Below, piece by piece: positions 1 to 11,800 of a stretch of 64,000 bases of DNA. The notes under the pieces are model-generated. The model had not been told where the DNA came from. It searched no databases and saw only the letters and a program-made list of their open reading frames with translations. Location: the NCBI GenBank assembly GCA_002269645.1, contig NIVC01001659.1, forward strand, positions 124,001 to 188,000, given 5' to 3'. A program made the position numbers and the translations under genes. The DNA is from Macrostomum lignano (Eukaryota). Numbering within the stretch: the stretch's first letter is position 1; each line of letters starts with the position of its first letter.

Positions 1-233
1 ACTCACTGAAGTATGCTTTATACCCGAACACAGTATTTTAACTGTTATCCATTCGGGAAACGCAGTCATTTTTAGTGGCTAATAACTGCATTAGATCTGA
101 GCCAGAACTTTTGACTTAGTAGATGTAGCAGAATATACATTTTCTACATGATGGTGCACACTAGACTGTAGACTGCGTGTTCTTTAGAACTTTGTATCGG
201 GAGTTTAATTATCATATTGTCAATTTGTAGCAG

Positions 234-2708
234 ATTTGTCACATGAACGGGAGATTCGTGCTGATAATTTCACCCAAAGGTTTCAAACCGGACATGAAGA
301 CCGGCTTCAGCGTCCCCTACGGCTACAAGACCACGGCCCAGATGAGAGTGCAGTTGGAGACGAAAGTCAACCGGGAAGCCGCGCCGTGCAGCGATGAACT
401 GCCAAACGCCACCTACATCGCAAACTTCTCGATGCCAGGTCACTTGGAGAACCAGACCTTCTTTGGCACCTACCAGGACTGTGTCATGAGGATCATGCAG
501 GAGGAGTTTAGAGACACCTGCGGCTGCCTGGGATCTCATTTGGCGCTGCCCAGTGACCTCATGAAGCGCACCGAGGTGTGCCACCTGCTGCCTGAGGAGG
601 TGAGGCCAATTTAATTCACTAACCAGCTCGCCAATTCGAATTGGGAAATAAAAATAAAAGAAACTTAAAAAGCTAGAAATCTTTTGGAGAGCTTCAGGTA
701 AACAAAACGTCTTGCATGGTCACTAATTTATACATAGAATCATTAAACGATGAAGCTTATGCATCTGGGCTGAGAATGACAAGCTCAACAATGAAGACAA
801 AGAATTTCTGTTTGACTTGCCATGATGCAGACAGGCGAATCATTTTTCCAATTCCAGGTGTTTTTTCTGGACATAAACCACCGGCAGAACAGGTTCAACA
901 TGACGGAGTACACTATCATGAATCGGAGCTTGGCATACATCACCCTGTCTGAGTACCTGCAGCAGAACTGGGACGTGTACAAAGACGTTGCTCAGCGGGT
1001 CAAATGCTTCCATCGGGTTCTTCAACGCCAGAAGTCGCAGGGCGTGTGGGCCAAGCAGTGCCCGGTCCGCTGCAGCAACACCCGCAACAGTGTCACCACC
1101 CGCCTGGCCTCTTGGCCCCGGGACTCTTGGCTTGCGGAGGTGGCTCTGAAAGACTATGCGACAGAGCTGATCAGTACAGCTGCCGCCCGGAATCTGTCCA
1201 CCTATCGGCCGCAAACTCTTTACAAGCATGCGTCATTCATGATAAGAGAAAAGTTCATCAGCGTCCTCGATCTGCATCCAAAGTCTATCAAAGTCAGCGT
1301 CTTTAATGAGTCATTCGCCTACGAGCTGCGGAACTTGTTTTCCGATTTGGGCGGAATCCTTGGTGAGTTTCAAAGCTGTTGGTGATTCGCGGCTCTTACT
1401 TTAAGCCCAGAAACCGAAATTTTCTAGACTGCATTTGCCGCAACTTCAGGTCTCTGGGTTGGAGTGTCGACCATCACCCTGCTGGAAATGGTGGAGCTCC
1501 TGTTCCATCTCTGCTACCTGTCTGTACTGAAGCTGGGGCTGCTCAGTCTGGGAAAAAAGTCGGCTGGCGATCCCAATGCGCAGGCCACTCCGCACAGAGG
1601 AAACGATTTTCTAGCAGCGAATCCGCATGCGAGTTACCTAGCCTCCGCCTCGAATCAAAGCTTTGAGGACCCGCGAGTCCCCAGCTCAGCGTCCCCAGCT
1701 CTGCTGCAGTCGGCCTCGAACTCTCACTCTCCACCTGTGCCACCTACTGACGGGACTAGTAATGTGCCGTGTCCACCTGCGCCACCTACTGACGAGACTG
1801 GTAATGTGCCGTGTCCACCTGTGCCACCTACTGACGGGACTGGTAATGTGCCATGTCCACCTGTGCCGCCTACTGACGGGACTGGTAATGTGTCATGTCC
1901 ACCTGTGCCACCTACTGACGAGACTGGTAATGTGTCATGTCCACCTGTGCCACCTACTGACGAGACTGGTAATGTGCCGTGTCCACCTGTGCCACCTACT
2001 GACGGGACTGGTAATGTGCCATGTCCACCTGTGCTACCTACTGACGGGACTGGTAATGTGTCATGTCCACCTGTGCCACCTACTGACGGGACTGGTAATG
2101 TGCCATGTCCACCTGTGCCGCCTACTGACGGGACTGGTAATGTGCCGTGTCCACCTGTGCCACCTACTGACGAGACTGGTAATGTGTCATGTCCACCTGT
2201 GCCACCTACTGACGAGACTGGTAATGTGCCGTGTCCACCTGTGCCACCTACTGACGGGACTGGTAATGTGCCATGTCCACCTGTGCTACCTACTGACGGG
2301 ACTGGTAATGTGTCATGTCCACCTGCGCCACCTACTGACGGGACTGGTAATGTGTCATGTCCACCTGTGCTACCTACTGACGGGATTGGTAATGTGTCAT
2401 GTCCACCTGTGCCGCCTACTGACGAGACTGGTAATGTGTCATGTCCACCTGTGCCACCTACTGACGAGACTGGTAATGTGCCATGTCCACCTGCGCCACC
2501 TACTTACGGGACTGGTAATGTGCCGTGTCCATCTGCGCCACCTACTGACGAGACTGGTAATGTGTCATGTCCACCTGTGCCACCTACTGACGAGACTGGT
2601 AATGTGCCATGTCCACCTGCGCCACCTACTTACGGGACTGGTAATGTGCCATGTCCACCTGTGCCACCTACTGACGAGACTGATAATCCATCTCATCAGT
2701 CGGCTTGA
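234..2708 (+). CDS. DEG/ENaC (amiloride-sensitive, FaNaC-like) sodium channel, 3' part; exons ~234-599, 858-1362, 1450-2708
   Basis: Cys-rich ectodomain (CSDE...YQDC...CGC, CPVRC). ESFAYELRNLFSDLGGILG|LWVGVSTITLLE is the pre-TM2/TM2 segment with a GxS filter, split by a GT-AG intron at 1363-1449. Intron 600-857 is phase 0. Upstream exons were not identified. Confidence 0.9.
1731..2681 (+). repeat. 42-bp coding minisatellite (~22-23 copies) encoding PPVPPTD(G/E)TGNV(P/S)C in the channel C-terminal tail
   Basis: Unit ccacctgtgccacctactgacgggactggtaatgtgccatgt, in frame in the last exon, before the stop at 2706-2708. Confidence 0.95.
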
Positions 2709-3368
2709 CATCTTATGTACTTTGAAGTTCGAAAACTTTCGGGCAGTACTGACATAAAAAATGCGTATCGATTGGGAAAGAAAAGCTCATGATCAGCCGG
2801 AAAAACAGCGCACTCTTATTCTGTTTGAATTGAAGCCGAACTTTTCGTCACAGATTTTGATTCTCCTATTTCTAGTTTTCTCGGGTTTCTATTTGAAATT
2901 CTACATGTCCTGAGTTTGCAGTAATCCTTCATGCTTTATTTTGTTTATTCTTTAAACTATCTATATCGCATCTGCTTATAACTTTGTATGCTTATCGCCA
3001 GCCTGTCTGTCAACACGTCACGCCAGTTGAGCCAGTTTTTGCTGAAAGCTCTCCTCGCGCGCTGGTTGGCTGTTTAGCTGATACTGAAGTATTTACACTG
3101 GTCACTGCCCACGCAACTGTTTATGGCAACTTTCATATTTTTGAGATTTCATCTCTCCGGAATTTCATGCCTCCGAAAGCATCCCTTCATATTTCCGGTA
3201 CTTCAAATGTCCGGCACTTCATTTCTCTGAACTTCATATCTCTGACACTTAATGCATCTGATAAGTTTAACTTAAGCCCAACCCCTAACGGAGATATGGA
3301 GCTTCCGAGGGAGTTTTCAAAAGAGAAAGAATTTTTGTGAAAGAGGCTGCTAAACTGAAGTTTCGGAG

Positions 3369-3630
3369 ACATGAAGTGTCGGAGATATGAAGTGTCGGAG
3401 ATATGAAGTTTCGGAGATATGAAGTGTCGGAGATATGAAGTGTCGGAGATATGAAGTGTCGGAGATATGAAGTGTCGGTAATATGAAGTGTCGGAGATAT
3501 GAAGTGTCGGAGATATGAAGTGTCGGAGATATGAAGTGTCGGTAATATGAAGTGTCGGAGATATGAAGTGTCGGAGATATGAAGTGTCGGAGATATGAAG
3601 TGTCGGTAATATGAAGTGTCGGAGATATGA
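3369..3630. repeat. 16-bp tandem repeat (atgaagtgtcggagat), ~16 copies
   Basis: Directly visible; explains the 16-aa-periodic ORFs here. Confidence 0.95.
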
Positions 3631-3825
3631 CCCCCCCTCATGAAAAGCAGTGCGCCTTTTCAGCCGATGCACCCTGTTAAAAGTGTTTTTCTCCACGCTC
3701 ATCTCCTTTTGTCAGCTCGATTTGCTTAGATGTGACATGCAATGCCTCTGTGCCAGCTGTTTACTGTGTGCCGTAGCTCACCTCTTTCCCTTCCGTTCAA
3801 GGGCCAAAAAAGAGTCTTTTAACTA

Positions 3826-4313
3826 CCGAGGGGTGTCCCAAAAGTTCCCGGAATGTTTGCCTTAGCTCCTCAGTACGTTGACCAATTTTTATGTTTTATG
3901 TGTCAGACTAAAGAGATTTTTCAACGAAAAACTTGTAATTTGAATTTCCTTTCTATCTGGTTTTGGTTAAGAGTCACACCAGGAACTGTGAAGGAAGGTC
4001 AGTACTAGTGTTGCGCAACCTCGAATGTCTGTTGTATCCTTTTTCCATCATTGACTCCGCTGACTCTCAAGGCTATGGAGAGAACTAATCTTTAGCGAAA
4101 AGCAAGCACTTGGTATGGAATAAGCAAGCGCTGGCACCGCAAGATCTGATCAGCAAGTTTTATGGTTTCATCCATAGACGCTTCTGCATCTTTCTGACGA
4201 ATTCTGCATCTTTCGTTGAAAAATCATCTTTAGTCTGACACATGAAACATAAAAAATTGGCCAAGGTACTGAGGAGCTAGGGCAAACATTCCGGGAACTT
4301 TTGGGTCACCGGT
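3826..4313. mobile_element. Tc1/mariner-like MITE (irritans/Hsmar2-type terminus)
   Basis: ~110-bp imperfect TIRs: cgaggggtgtcccaaaagttcccggaatg...ttttcaacgaaaa at ~3827-3931, reverse complement at ~4211-4312. TA at the left flank. No ORF. Confidence 0.8.
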
Positions 4314-4575
4314 TAATGAAGCTCGTAGACAGTCAGATTATCAGGACCAATTATTTACACCAGCCAGGTTGCCGTTGCCTCATCTTTTAGACAAATGTAT
4401 GTAAATTAGCTTTAATTTTTATTAAAAATGGTTACTGCCAAATTCATATTCTTTAATTTGTCTTACATAGTGTTATTTAGTTACTTAAAAATTCTAGTGT
4501 TTAATTATAAGATTTGAAAAAACCCTTCTATGACACTATAATAGAAGAATAACTGCGTCGGCAGCATCTATCTAT

Positions 4576-4800
4576 CGGGTGCTCGGACCGAAGTCTGCCA
4601 AGTGTCGGACTCAAGACTTGAAGGTCGGGGGTTCGATTCCCGATCACTGGAACAATTTCTGACCTTGAGCAAGACACTTAACTCTGCATTGCTTCAGTTC
4701 AACCAGCTGTAAAATGGGTGCCAGCATTAGCTGGGTAATTCAGGGTGTGTGTGGCGACCCCCTTGCAGTCCTTGCACGGACTGAATAGCTGCGGCTGAGC
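4576..4800 (+). mobile_element. tRNA-derived SINE with CORE-like domain
   Basis: B-box GGTTCGATTCC at 4630-4640, followed by tgaccttgagcaagacacttaac...cagctgtaaaatggg, which resembles the MIR/CORE consensus tgaccttgggcaagttacttaac...catctgtaaaatggg. Boundaries approximate. Confidence 0.7.
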
Positions 4801-4869
4801 TGTCGGTTGCCAGTGGAATTACGCTTTCTATACACAGTGGACTGACTATTTCGCTGCTTGTTTCCACAT

Positions 4870-5065
4870 TAATGCCAAGAAAGAGGAGCTTTCTGTCTCC
4901 GACGGTGAATTCGATGCTCGCATGAGAGGAGTTGATGGCTTTTAAAAAACTCATCCTTACAAGTTCCGTCCTCATAGACAGCGAACGTATCGTCAACGTA
5001 ACTTTTGTAAATGCTCTTGGGAGCGCAAGGGAGAGCCGTCCAGTTCTTTTTTCCCAACGGGTCAT
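4870..5065 (-). pseudogene. Penelope-like reverse transcriptase fragment, frameshifted
   Basis: YKSYVDDTFAVY in one frame and FLKAINSSHASIEFT...LLFLGINV in another; this is the typical PLE RT motif order (YVDD, NSxHxxIxFT, LxFLD/G). Confidence 0.7.
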
Positions 5066-5304
5066 GCAAAGATTAGCTAAGGCACAGCCATCAACCTGTC
5101 TGTAATACTTGTCATGTTACCCTGTGACCCAGTTTGCGGGGTGAGGTGACTGGCTTGACTGGGCGGGTGTGTGCGGGATTGTGTATTCGGGGGGGGGATT
5201 TACTCTTTTCTCCGCTTGTACGCCTGCCTATACGTTCTCGTTTGCTCAGATTTTTATTCTCAGTCACAATCGATAAGACCACCGCAAGTCAACTGCAATC
5301 AGTC

Positions 5305-5700
5305 ACTGATCTGAGTGTGCCTCAACTATAAATTAAGACAGCATTGCAGGCGCGCAAACTGCCAACAAAAGGTAGCAAGGCCACTCTACGTTCTCGTCTG
5401 TGCGACGCGATTCTCAACGAGCGTCTAGCTGCTGATGCTGCGAGCAGGACTTCCAACAGAGAGCCACTGGGGGATTCTGACGACTCATCCGATGAAGGGA
5501 GCAGCCTGCGGTCCAAGGGGGGGGGGGGGCGGAACCTCTTCGGGTGGCGCGGCACTGGATGCGGAGATCGATCTCACCCGACGGCGCATTGAACTGCTAA
5601 GGCTGCAGAAAGGAGGCTGCGACGGTCGGTGGACAAGGCACCAGATCCCAGCACACACACCCGCCCCAGCCAAGCCAGCCACCTTTCCCGCGGTTTAACG
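5305..5700 (+). pseudogene. Degenerate DIRS/Ngaro-like ORF1 (gag) fragment with SAP motif
   Basis: LSVPQL / IKTALQARKLPTKGSKATLRSRL (frameshifted SAP motif) and EIDLTRRRIELLRLQK parallel ORF1 of the intact Ngaro at 8838 (LTVKQLKSELGSRGLSTAGNKSALQARL ... EIRRAQKRLQLLELQ). Confidence 0.6.
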
Positions 5701-6089
5701 GAAAAGAACAACGCCCGGGGTGCAAAACCGAGCATCATTCATTCAGCAAATTCTCCTGGCCTCGTGTCGAGTACAACAGCCGCTGGCACATCAGAGCGCC
5801 GCGCTAGCACTAGGCTACAACCCCTGAACTGTATTCGAAATGCGCATCAGATAACTGGAAACCATTTTTCAAGAAATAACTGTTTAACAGGGGCTGCAAG
5901 CGAGTGGATTTTACTTTAAAAAAGCATTTTAAAGCTTAATTTAAGCATTTTGGCCCATAGAGCAGTCCGGAACTGAAAACCATCGCATCGGGTAACTCGT
6001 AAAATGATGTTATTGTCTGATATATCGTCATGCGAGTTAGTTTCCGTTAAAATATTCAATATAGCCGGCTCATTTCCTCCGTGTATTCT

Positions 6090-7292
6090 TCATCCATATC
6101 GGCAGTCCGAATTCTCGGTTTCCGAAGCTGCTGTGCTCGGAGTCGCAGTCTGGGTGACAGTGCAGTCGCAAGCGCGGTCGCGCGTCCTCTGCTTCTTCCT
6201 GCCCCAATTGTAGCCACAATCGCTTTTATCCCAGCTGGACCAGCTGCTCCAGGGGCTCCACGGGCACCAGCCAATAAATCTGGTCTGCTGCTGCGAAGAC
6301 TGGGCCAGCGGGCTCGGCACCGGTTCGATGAGGCAGCTGCAGTCTCTCTTCCTGCTGCGCTGCTGGTTCCTATTGCACCCTGTGAAGTTGCGGTGTACGG
6401 ATATGCAAAACTTTTAAACGGAAAATGTTACTATAGAAATATCTATAATATCGCGTCCCACCCGAGCTCCACGAGCTCCAGCCTTTCCAGGCGCACCAGC
6501 CGAGGAACAGTTCATTCACCGATGGGCCGTCGCATTTCGCTGCCGCCGCCTGCGGCTCCGGGCACTGGCACTGGCGGGTGCGCCGTTTCGATCTGACGTG
6601 ACAGGCAGGCGTCCAGGCAGACCAGCCGCTCCAGGAGCACCAGCCGCCGCTTACTGGCAAGAATTTTGAGGGAGATAAAATCTTAGAGCTTCAAGACATT
6701 GAGGCTGGATTCGTCGAGGAACTGCTAAGGTCTCTAAACATCAAAATGGACAAAGACTCACTCCTGCTGAGGAATCCGCTGGGGTCTGTGGCATCAAAAT
6801 GGACAAAGACTCACTCCGACTGAGGAATCCGCTGGGGTCTGTGGCATCAAAATGGACAAAGACTCACTCCGACTGAGGAATCCGCTGGGGTCTGTGGCAT
6901 CAAAATGGACAAAGACTCACTCCGACTGAGGAATCCGCTGGGGTCTGTGGCATCAAAATGGACAAAGACTCACTCCGGCGCCGGCTGGTCAGGGCCAAGA
7001 CTCGACAGCCAGCTGGCAGAGCAGACGGAGCTCCTGCGGTGTCGCCCAGCAGCCGGCATTGGTCAGGCGAGCACCAGACAACGCCGAAGCAGGCCGAGCT
7101 CATCGCCTCGCACATGGCAGCGCATTCGACTTCGGAGCGGGCGTCAAGGATGGCAGAGGAGGAAGATGTTTCTGAAGCTGCTCCGTCACTTCCCCAGGCA
7201 GCCTGATCCGGGGTGTACATGTACTGGTCGGCGGCAAGCAACAGAGGCGTCAGCAGCAGCAGGACCCAGGCAGTCAGAGTAGCGAGGTGCAT
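6090..7292 (-). CDS. Secreted PAN/Apple-like + 3 thrombospondin type-1 repeat protein (~266 aa); exons 7292-6974, 6653-6462, 6379-6090
   Basis: Signal peptide MHLATLTAWVLLLLTPLLLA; PAN-like SEVECAAMCEAMSSACFGVVW; three WxxWxxW...RxRxCxC units. Both introns are GT-AG, phase 1, and join in frame. TGA at 6092-6090. Confidence 0.8.
6739..6976. repeat. 53-bp tandem repeat (~4.5 copies) containing the intron-1 splice donor of the PAN-TSP1 gene
   Basis: Unit catcaaaatggacaaagactcactccgactgaggaatccgctggggtctgtgg starting at 6739, 6792, 6845, 6898, 6951. Confidence 0.95.
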
Positions 7293-7493
7293 AACTTGGC
7301 TTCTACTGCTTCTTATTCTAGCTAATGTGCCCTGCAGCCCGCGCTCCCTGTGGATTTTGTTCCTTAATTTATACACATTATGCTTGAAAAAACACTCTGG
7401 AATTGCCATGGAAACAAGGAAATGTGAAGATGAGTGAGCAAAGTAAAGCGATGAGTTGAGAAGACAGACAGTATGAAGCATTTTGTCTTTGTC

Positions 7494-7831
7494 AAAGTCA
7501 GCCTACGAGCAATCTATCTCATCCAAAGCACAAACAGACATGCTCTGTCATTTATCTTTTCTTTCTCCATGGCTCAGTTTGTGCAGACATTCAATGACCA
7601 TCTGTTTTTGCTTGGGTGGACGGCCAACCTTTGAGCACAGCATCGCGCATTCTAGGAATAAAATTCACTGCGATCGTCCGGCACACAGCAGGGTAGATTG
7701 CGTTGTTCAATGTTCCTTTTACTTACATTCAATCAGTTTCCTTAGGTAAACTTAGCACATTAGCGTGGCTTGAAGTCCGTGGCACTGAAATAGACCATTT
7801 GGATGAGATAGATTGCTCGTAGGCTGACTTT
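7494..7831. mobile_element. Putative MITE with 34-bp perfect inverted repeats
   Basis: aaagtcagcctacgagcaatctatctcatccaaa at 7494-7527, exact reverse complement at 7798-7831. No clear TSD. Confidence 0.6.
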
Positions 7832-8562
7832 AATTGTAAAAAGAGAGCATTGTCTATGGTCAAAACCCTGCTCCGGCTAGCACTGTGTGCTATGGTCTTG
7901 CTGAGATTGGTTGCTCGTTAGCTGAGTTGGAATGAGAAACCAATACTGTTTATCTAGCAAATACGAACTGCAGTTAGAAAATGACACTTGTTGAAATACG
8001 GGATGCGAGTCGCTTCAAGATTTCTTCAAAATATTCCTCCAAGAGATAAACTCGCGAGGCTGGTAAACTCGGCCCATCCCATGTAGTCGGCAAGAAATGT
8101 AATCAATCGATACGCTACAAAACTCAAATAGGGGGGTGGAAACTGGCAGTGTTTTCCTACAGCTTGTCTCTCAAATCCGCTCAAGCAGACCAGGCTCCGG
8201 TATGTTTGCCTTCATCAGTCAGTCATGGCTCGCAGTCCGCCACACCTGTGCCCCACCTCCGCCCCACAACGTTCTGATTTTATCCTCTCCTCTTCTTGTG
8301 GAAAAATTTACTGATCTGAAATTGACTATTCAAGATGGAAAAAATGGAGTGTTTCAGTGTTATGCTTTGCAATCTCCGTGCGTTTGCAGTCTCCGGCCGG
8401 AGATCGCAAGACAAATGTGACTCTCCTTTGCGATCTGCAGTCCCGGACAAACACAAGACATTGCACAAGTTGTGCCTTGCGTTTTCCTTGATTTGAGATC
8501 TCAGGGGGTAAAAATGTACATGGGCGGTGTACAGACACTGGGCTGCAACTCTGCATGCCAAA

Positions 8563-8811
8563 TAAGGTTGCGATTTCAGGGGCCGGTTTTAACCGGCTCT
8601 GTAATCGTGTTTAGCCGACGGGGCCGCCCCCTCCGCCCGTCTGTGCGTGCGGCCCGCGCGTGTGCATCCCTGCCGCAAGGTGGGGTGCTGGGTGCCGGCC
8701 GGCAGGCGGGGGTGTTGGGTTGGGGGTGGGCGGCGTCGGCCCCCTTTTATTTGTGCGCTCACGCTCTCTCGTGCGCGCTGCGGGAGCGCTTTGGCTCGTA
8801 AAATTTTTTTT
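8563..8811 (+). repeat. Ngaro split direct repeat A1 (249 bp)
   Basis: Identical by eye to 17295-17543. Confidence 0.95.
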
Positions 8812-8837
8812 TTTGCGACTATCTGGCTCTGGCTATC

Positions 8838-11800
8838 ATGCATCGTGTGGACCGACTAACAGTCAAACAACTCAAGAGTGAGCTGGGTAGCCGAGGCCTC
8901 TCAACCGCAGGCAATAAGTCGGCCTTGCAAGCCAGACTGAGACAACACGAGGGGCAGTCACAGCTTCAAGACGGCGGGACATCGGCATTGACATCGGCAT
9001 CGGCATCGCCCTGTGCGCAGGAGGAGCTCCAAGACCAAGGCCGGGACCCACGGGAGGCGGACCTGGACGGCGAGATTCGGCGGGCGCAGAAACGGCTGCA
9101 GCTCCTAGAGCTTCAAACACGCGAGCGAGAGCTTCGTGAACGCGCCGTCGTGACTGCTCGTACAGAATCAGGTGAGCAGCAGAATCTTTTCGCTGAACTT
9201 ATCAACCCAACAGGCCCCGTCAGCGCTAGAGCCAACCCCCGGCCGGTCGGGCAGCCGTGTCTACTCGTCAGAGACTTTGTCGATGATCTGTCAGGCCAGG
9301 CTGACGAGCTGCTCACCAGGGGCAGCTCTGGCGGCCTCGTGCTCAAGAAGTCGACGACCAAGCTGGACGGCTTGACAATTGGGCAGTGGTTCGCTGGCAG
9401 TATGAAGGTCCTGCTTCAGATACTTGAAGACACAGCGCCGCAGGTGACCAGCAAGGGCCAAGTGTACAGCACAACTGAGCAAGTCAAAGATTACGCCCAG
9501 TACAATGTCCAGGTGGCCGAGCTATTCGACAGATTCCCAGCGCACCGGGTGATCAGATTCGACCATGACTACCGCCAGCACCGCGCAGCCAACAGCCTTC
9601 GCTGGGGCAAAGACTGCGCCCAGATGTCGATCAGGCACCTGCTCAGCATTAAGACGGACCAGTACAATCAGACAGCCAAGCGAAACCAGCCTAGCAACAA
9701 GAGCCGCGTCATGGGTCCGCGGACATCCTCAGGCCGCGAGCTGTGCTTGTCCTTCAACAGCACCTGTCAAGTCGCGCCCAGTAAACGATGACAAGGCCGC
9801 CCGTGGGCTTGGTTTGAGTCAAGTACGAAGTTGTGTATTTGAGATGAGCGAATTATTGCAATGATTGTGAGATACGAGGTGGTAGGTGGCGAGACCAATA
9901 TATAGGCTTAAAAGACAACAAGTAAGTGGGCTTAAAACTCAGAATCGATCACTACTGAATATTATCATGTCAAGGGGGAGAGAGAGAAAAAGTACGCAGA
10001 GCAGCGTACACCGGAGTAGGCCGGTTTGGTTAGTTAGGCTGGCTGGCTAGTTAGAGTTACTCATAATTGGACTCAGGTGAGTCAGGTGCAGTGCAGTACA
10101 TCAAAACACGCCCGGCACCTCATCTCCCCCCTTCGAATCGCAACGGGGGCACGCCTCGATTCGCTCGGAGGTTGTAGCTCGGTCTCTGAGCCGTAGTCGC
10201 CTTGTCAGTTCCGGCTCTGCTCTCCGCTAAGCGGTTGTGGCCACCGGACTCGGGAGTACTCGGGACTGAGCTCGCCGCCGGCTGGTTCTCCACCTGCTCT
10301 GACGTGGCCGAGACCGGAGGTCCGTCGCTGCCGGGCGTCACTGTTGGCAGGTCGGCGGGCTTCGCCGCCCCCTCGGAGCGGAGGTTGCCGTTCAGGTCGG
10401 TTGTCGCAGTCGCGCCGCCCTCATTGTTGTCAGGCTCGTGTCGCCGAAGTTGGTCAAGGTGGGCGAGTGTGACTCTGTTGCCTTGTCGCACGATCAGCGC
10501 CGTGTTGGATCCCTTCTGCGCTAGGAATTCTGCCTTCTCCGGGATCGCGCCTCTCCTTGGGGCGTACCACACCTCGGACCGGATTGCTGTTCTCATGGTG
10601 ATGGGGTTCCGCAGCTGCCTGCCCATCAGCTGCGCTGGACTGAACTCTCTTCCGGCATGCGGCACGCATCGGTAGTTTAGCAGAATCCGCGCGAGGAACG
10701 CGTCGTACGACTCCTGCTGGTCCCAGCCCGCCGAGGCCACCTTGATCGTCTGCACCATGCGCTCAGCCAGGCCGTTCGACTGGGGGTGGTATGGCGGAGT
10801 TTTCACAGCGCGGCAGCCAATTCTGCTCAGCCAACTCACCAACCCTTCATCATGAAATTCAGCAGCATTGTCACTCACCAGGGTTCGTGGAACTCCATTG
10901 CGGGCGAAGACCTCCTGGAGGACCTTCCTGACGGTCGCGGCGCTCTTGTCCGGCACTCGGACGGCCTCCGGCCAGGCGGACATGGCGTCGACCAGGACCA
11001 GCAGGAGCCCGACCTTTGGGACGTGAGCGTGGTCCATGTGGACGCGTCCCCAGGGTTCAGAGTCGGCCGGCCATTGATGGACGCTGCTGTGGCCGCTTTG
11101 GCGTTGCTTGGCGCAGGTGTGGCAGGCACGGACGAATCCTTCCACGTCGCCGCAGTAGCCTGGCCACCAGACGGAGTTGCGGACCAGCGCTCGTGTGCTC
11201 GAGGCACCGGGGTGCGCCCCGCTGTGTACCAACTCCAGGACGCGGCTTCGCAAAGACGAGGGAATGACTGGCCGGTCTCCGTAGCACACTACCGAGTCGT
11301 CTATTGTAAGCGCGTGACGAATTGCCTTGAAGGGCCGCTCTGCAGGGGAGCAGCCCGACCAGCGATTTCCGGCTATCCTGCGCATGACATCTGCTAGCAG
11401 CCTGTCACGTTTTGTCTCCTCTGCTAGCTCATTCCAACCAATGATGCTTTCACCAGCCCAATGCACCAGGTGGTGGTGGTGAGTCGCAGCTTCAGCCTGG
11501 TCGTCCGGAACGTCGGCAAAGTCGAGCCGGGAGAGCGCATCGGCGTGCGGAATTTGGGTTCCTCGGACGTACTCAATTGCGAAGTCGAACCCCATGAGGC
11601 GGATGGCCCAGCGAAGCAGTCGAGCGTTGGCGACCTTGGGGAGTTGTTGTCTTGTTCCAAACAGGAACTCTAGAGGGCGGTGGTCCGTTCGCAGTGTGAA
11701 ACGCTTGCCTAGAAGGAATTGTCGAGCCCTCTCCATCGCCCAAACAATCGCCAGAGCCTCCCGCTCGATGTTGGAGTAGCGCGCCTCCGCCTGTGTCAAT

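Noticed and set aside
1663-2757. 364-aa Cys/His-rich ORF overlapping the channel tail
   Set aside because: Alternative frame of the 42-bp repeat; the channel frame explains the region.
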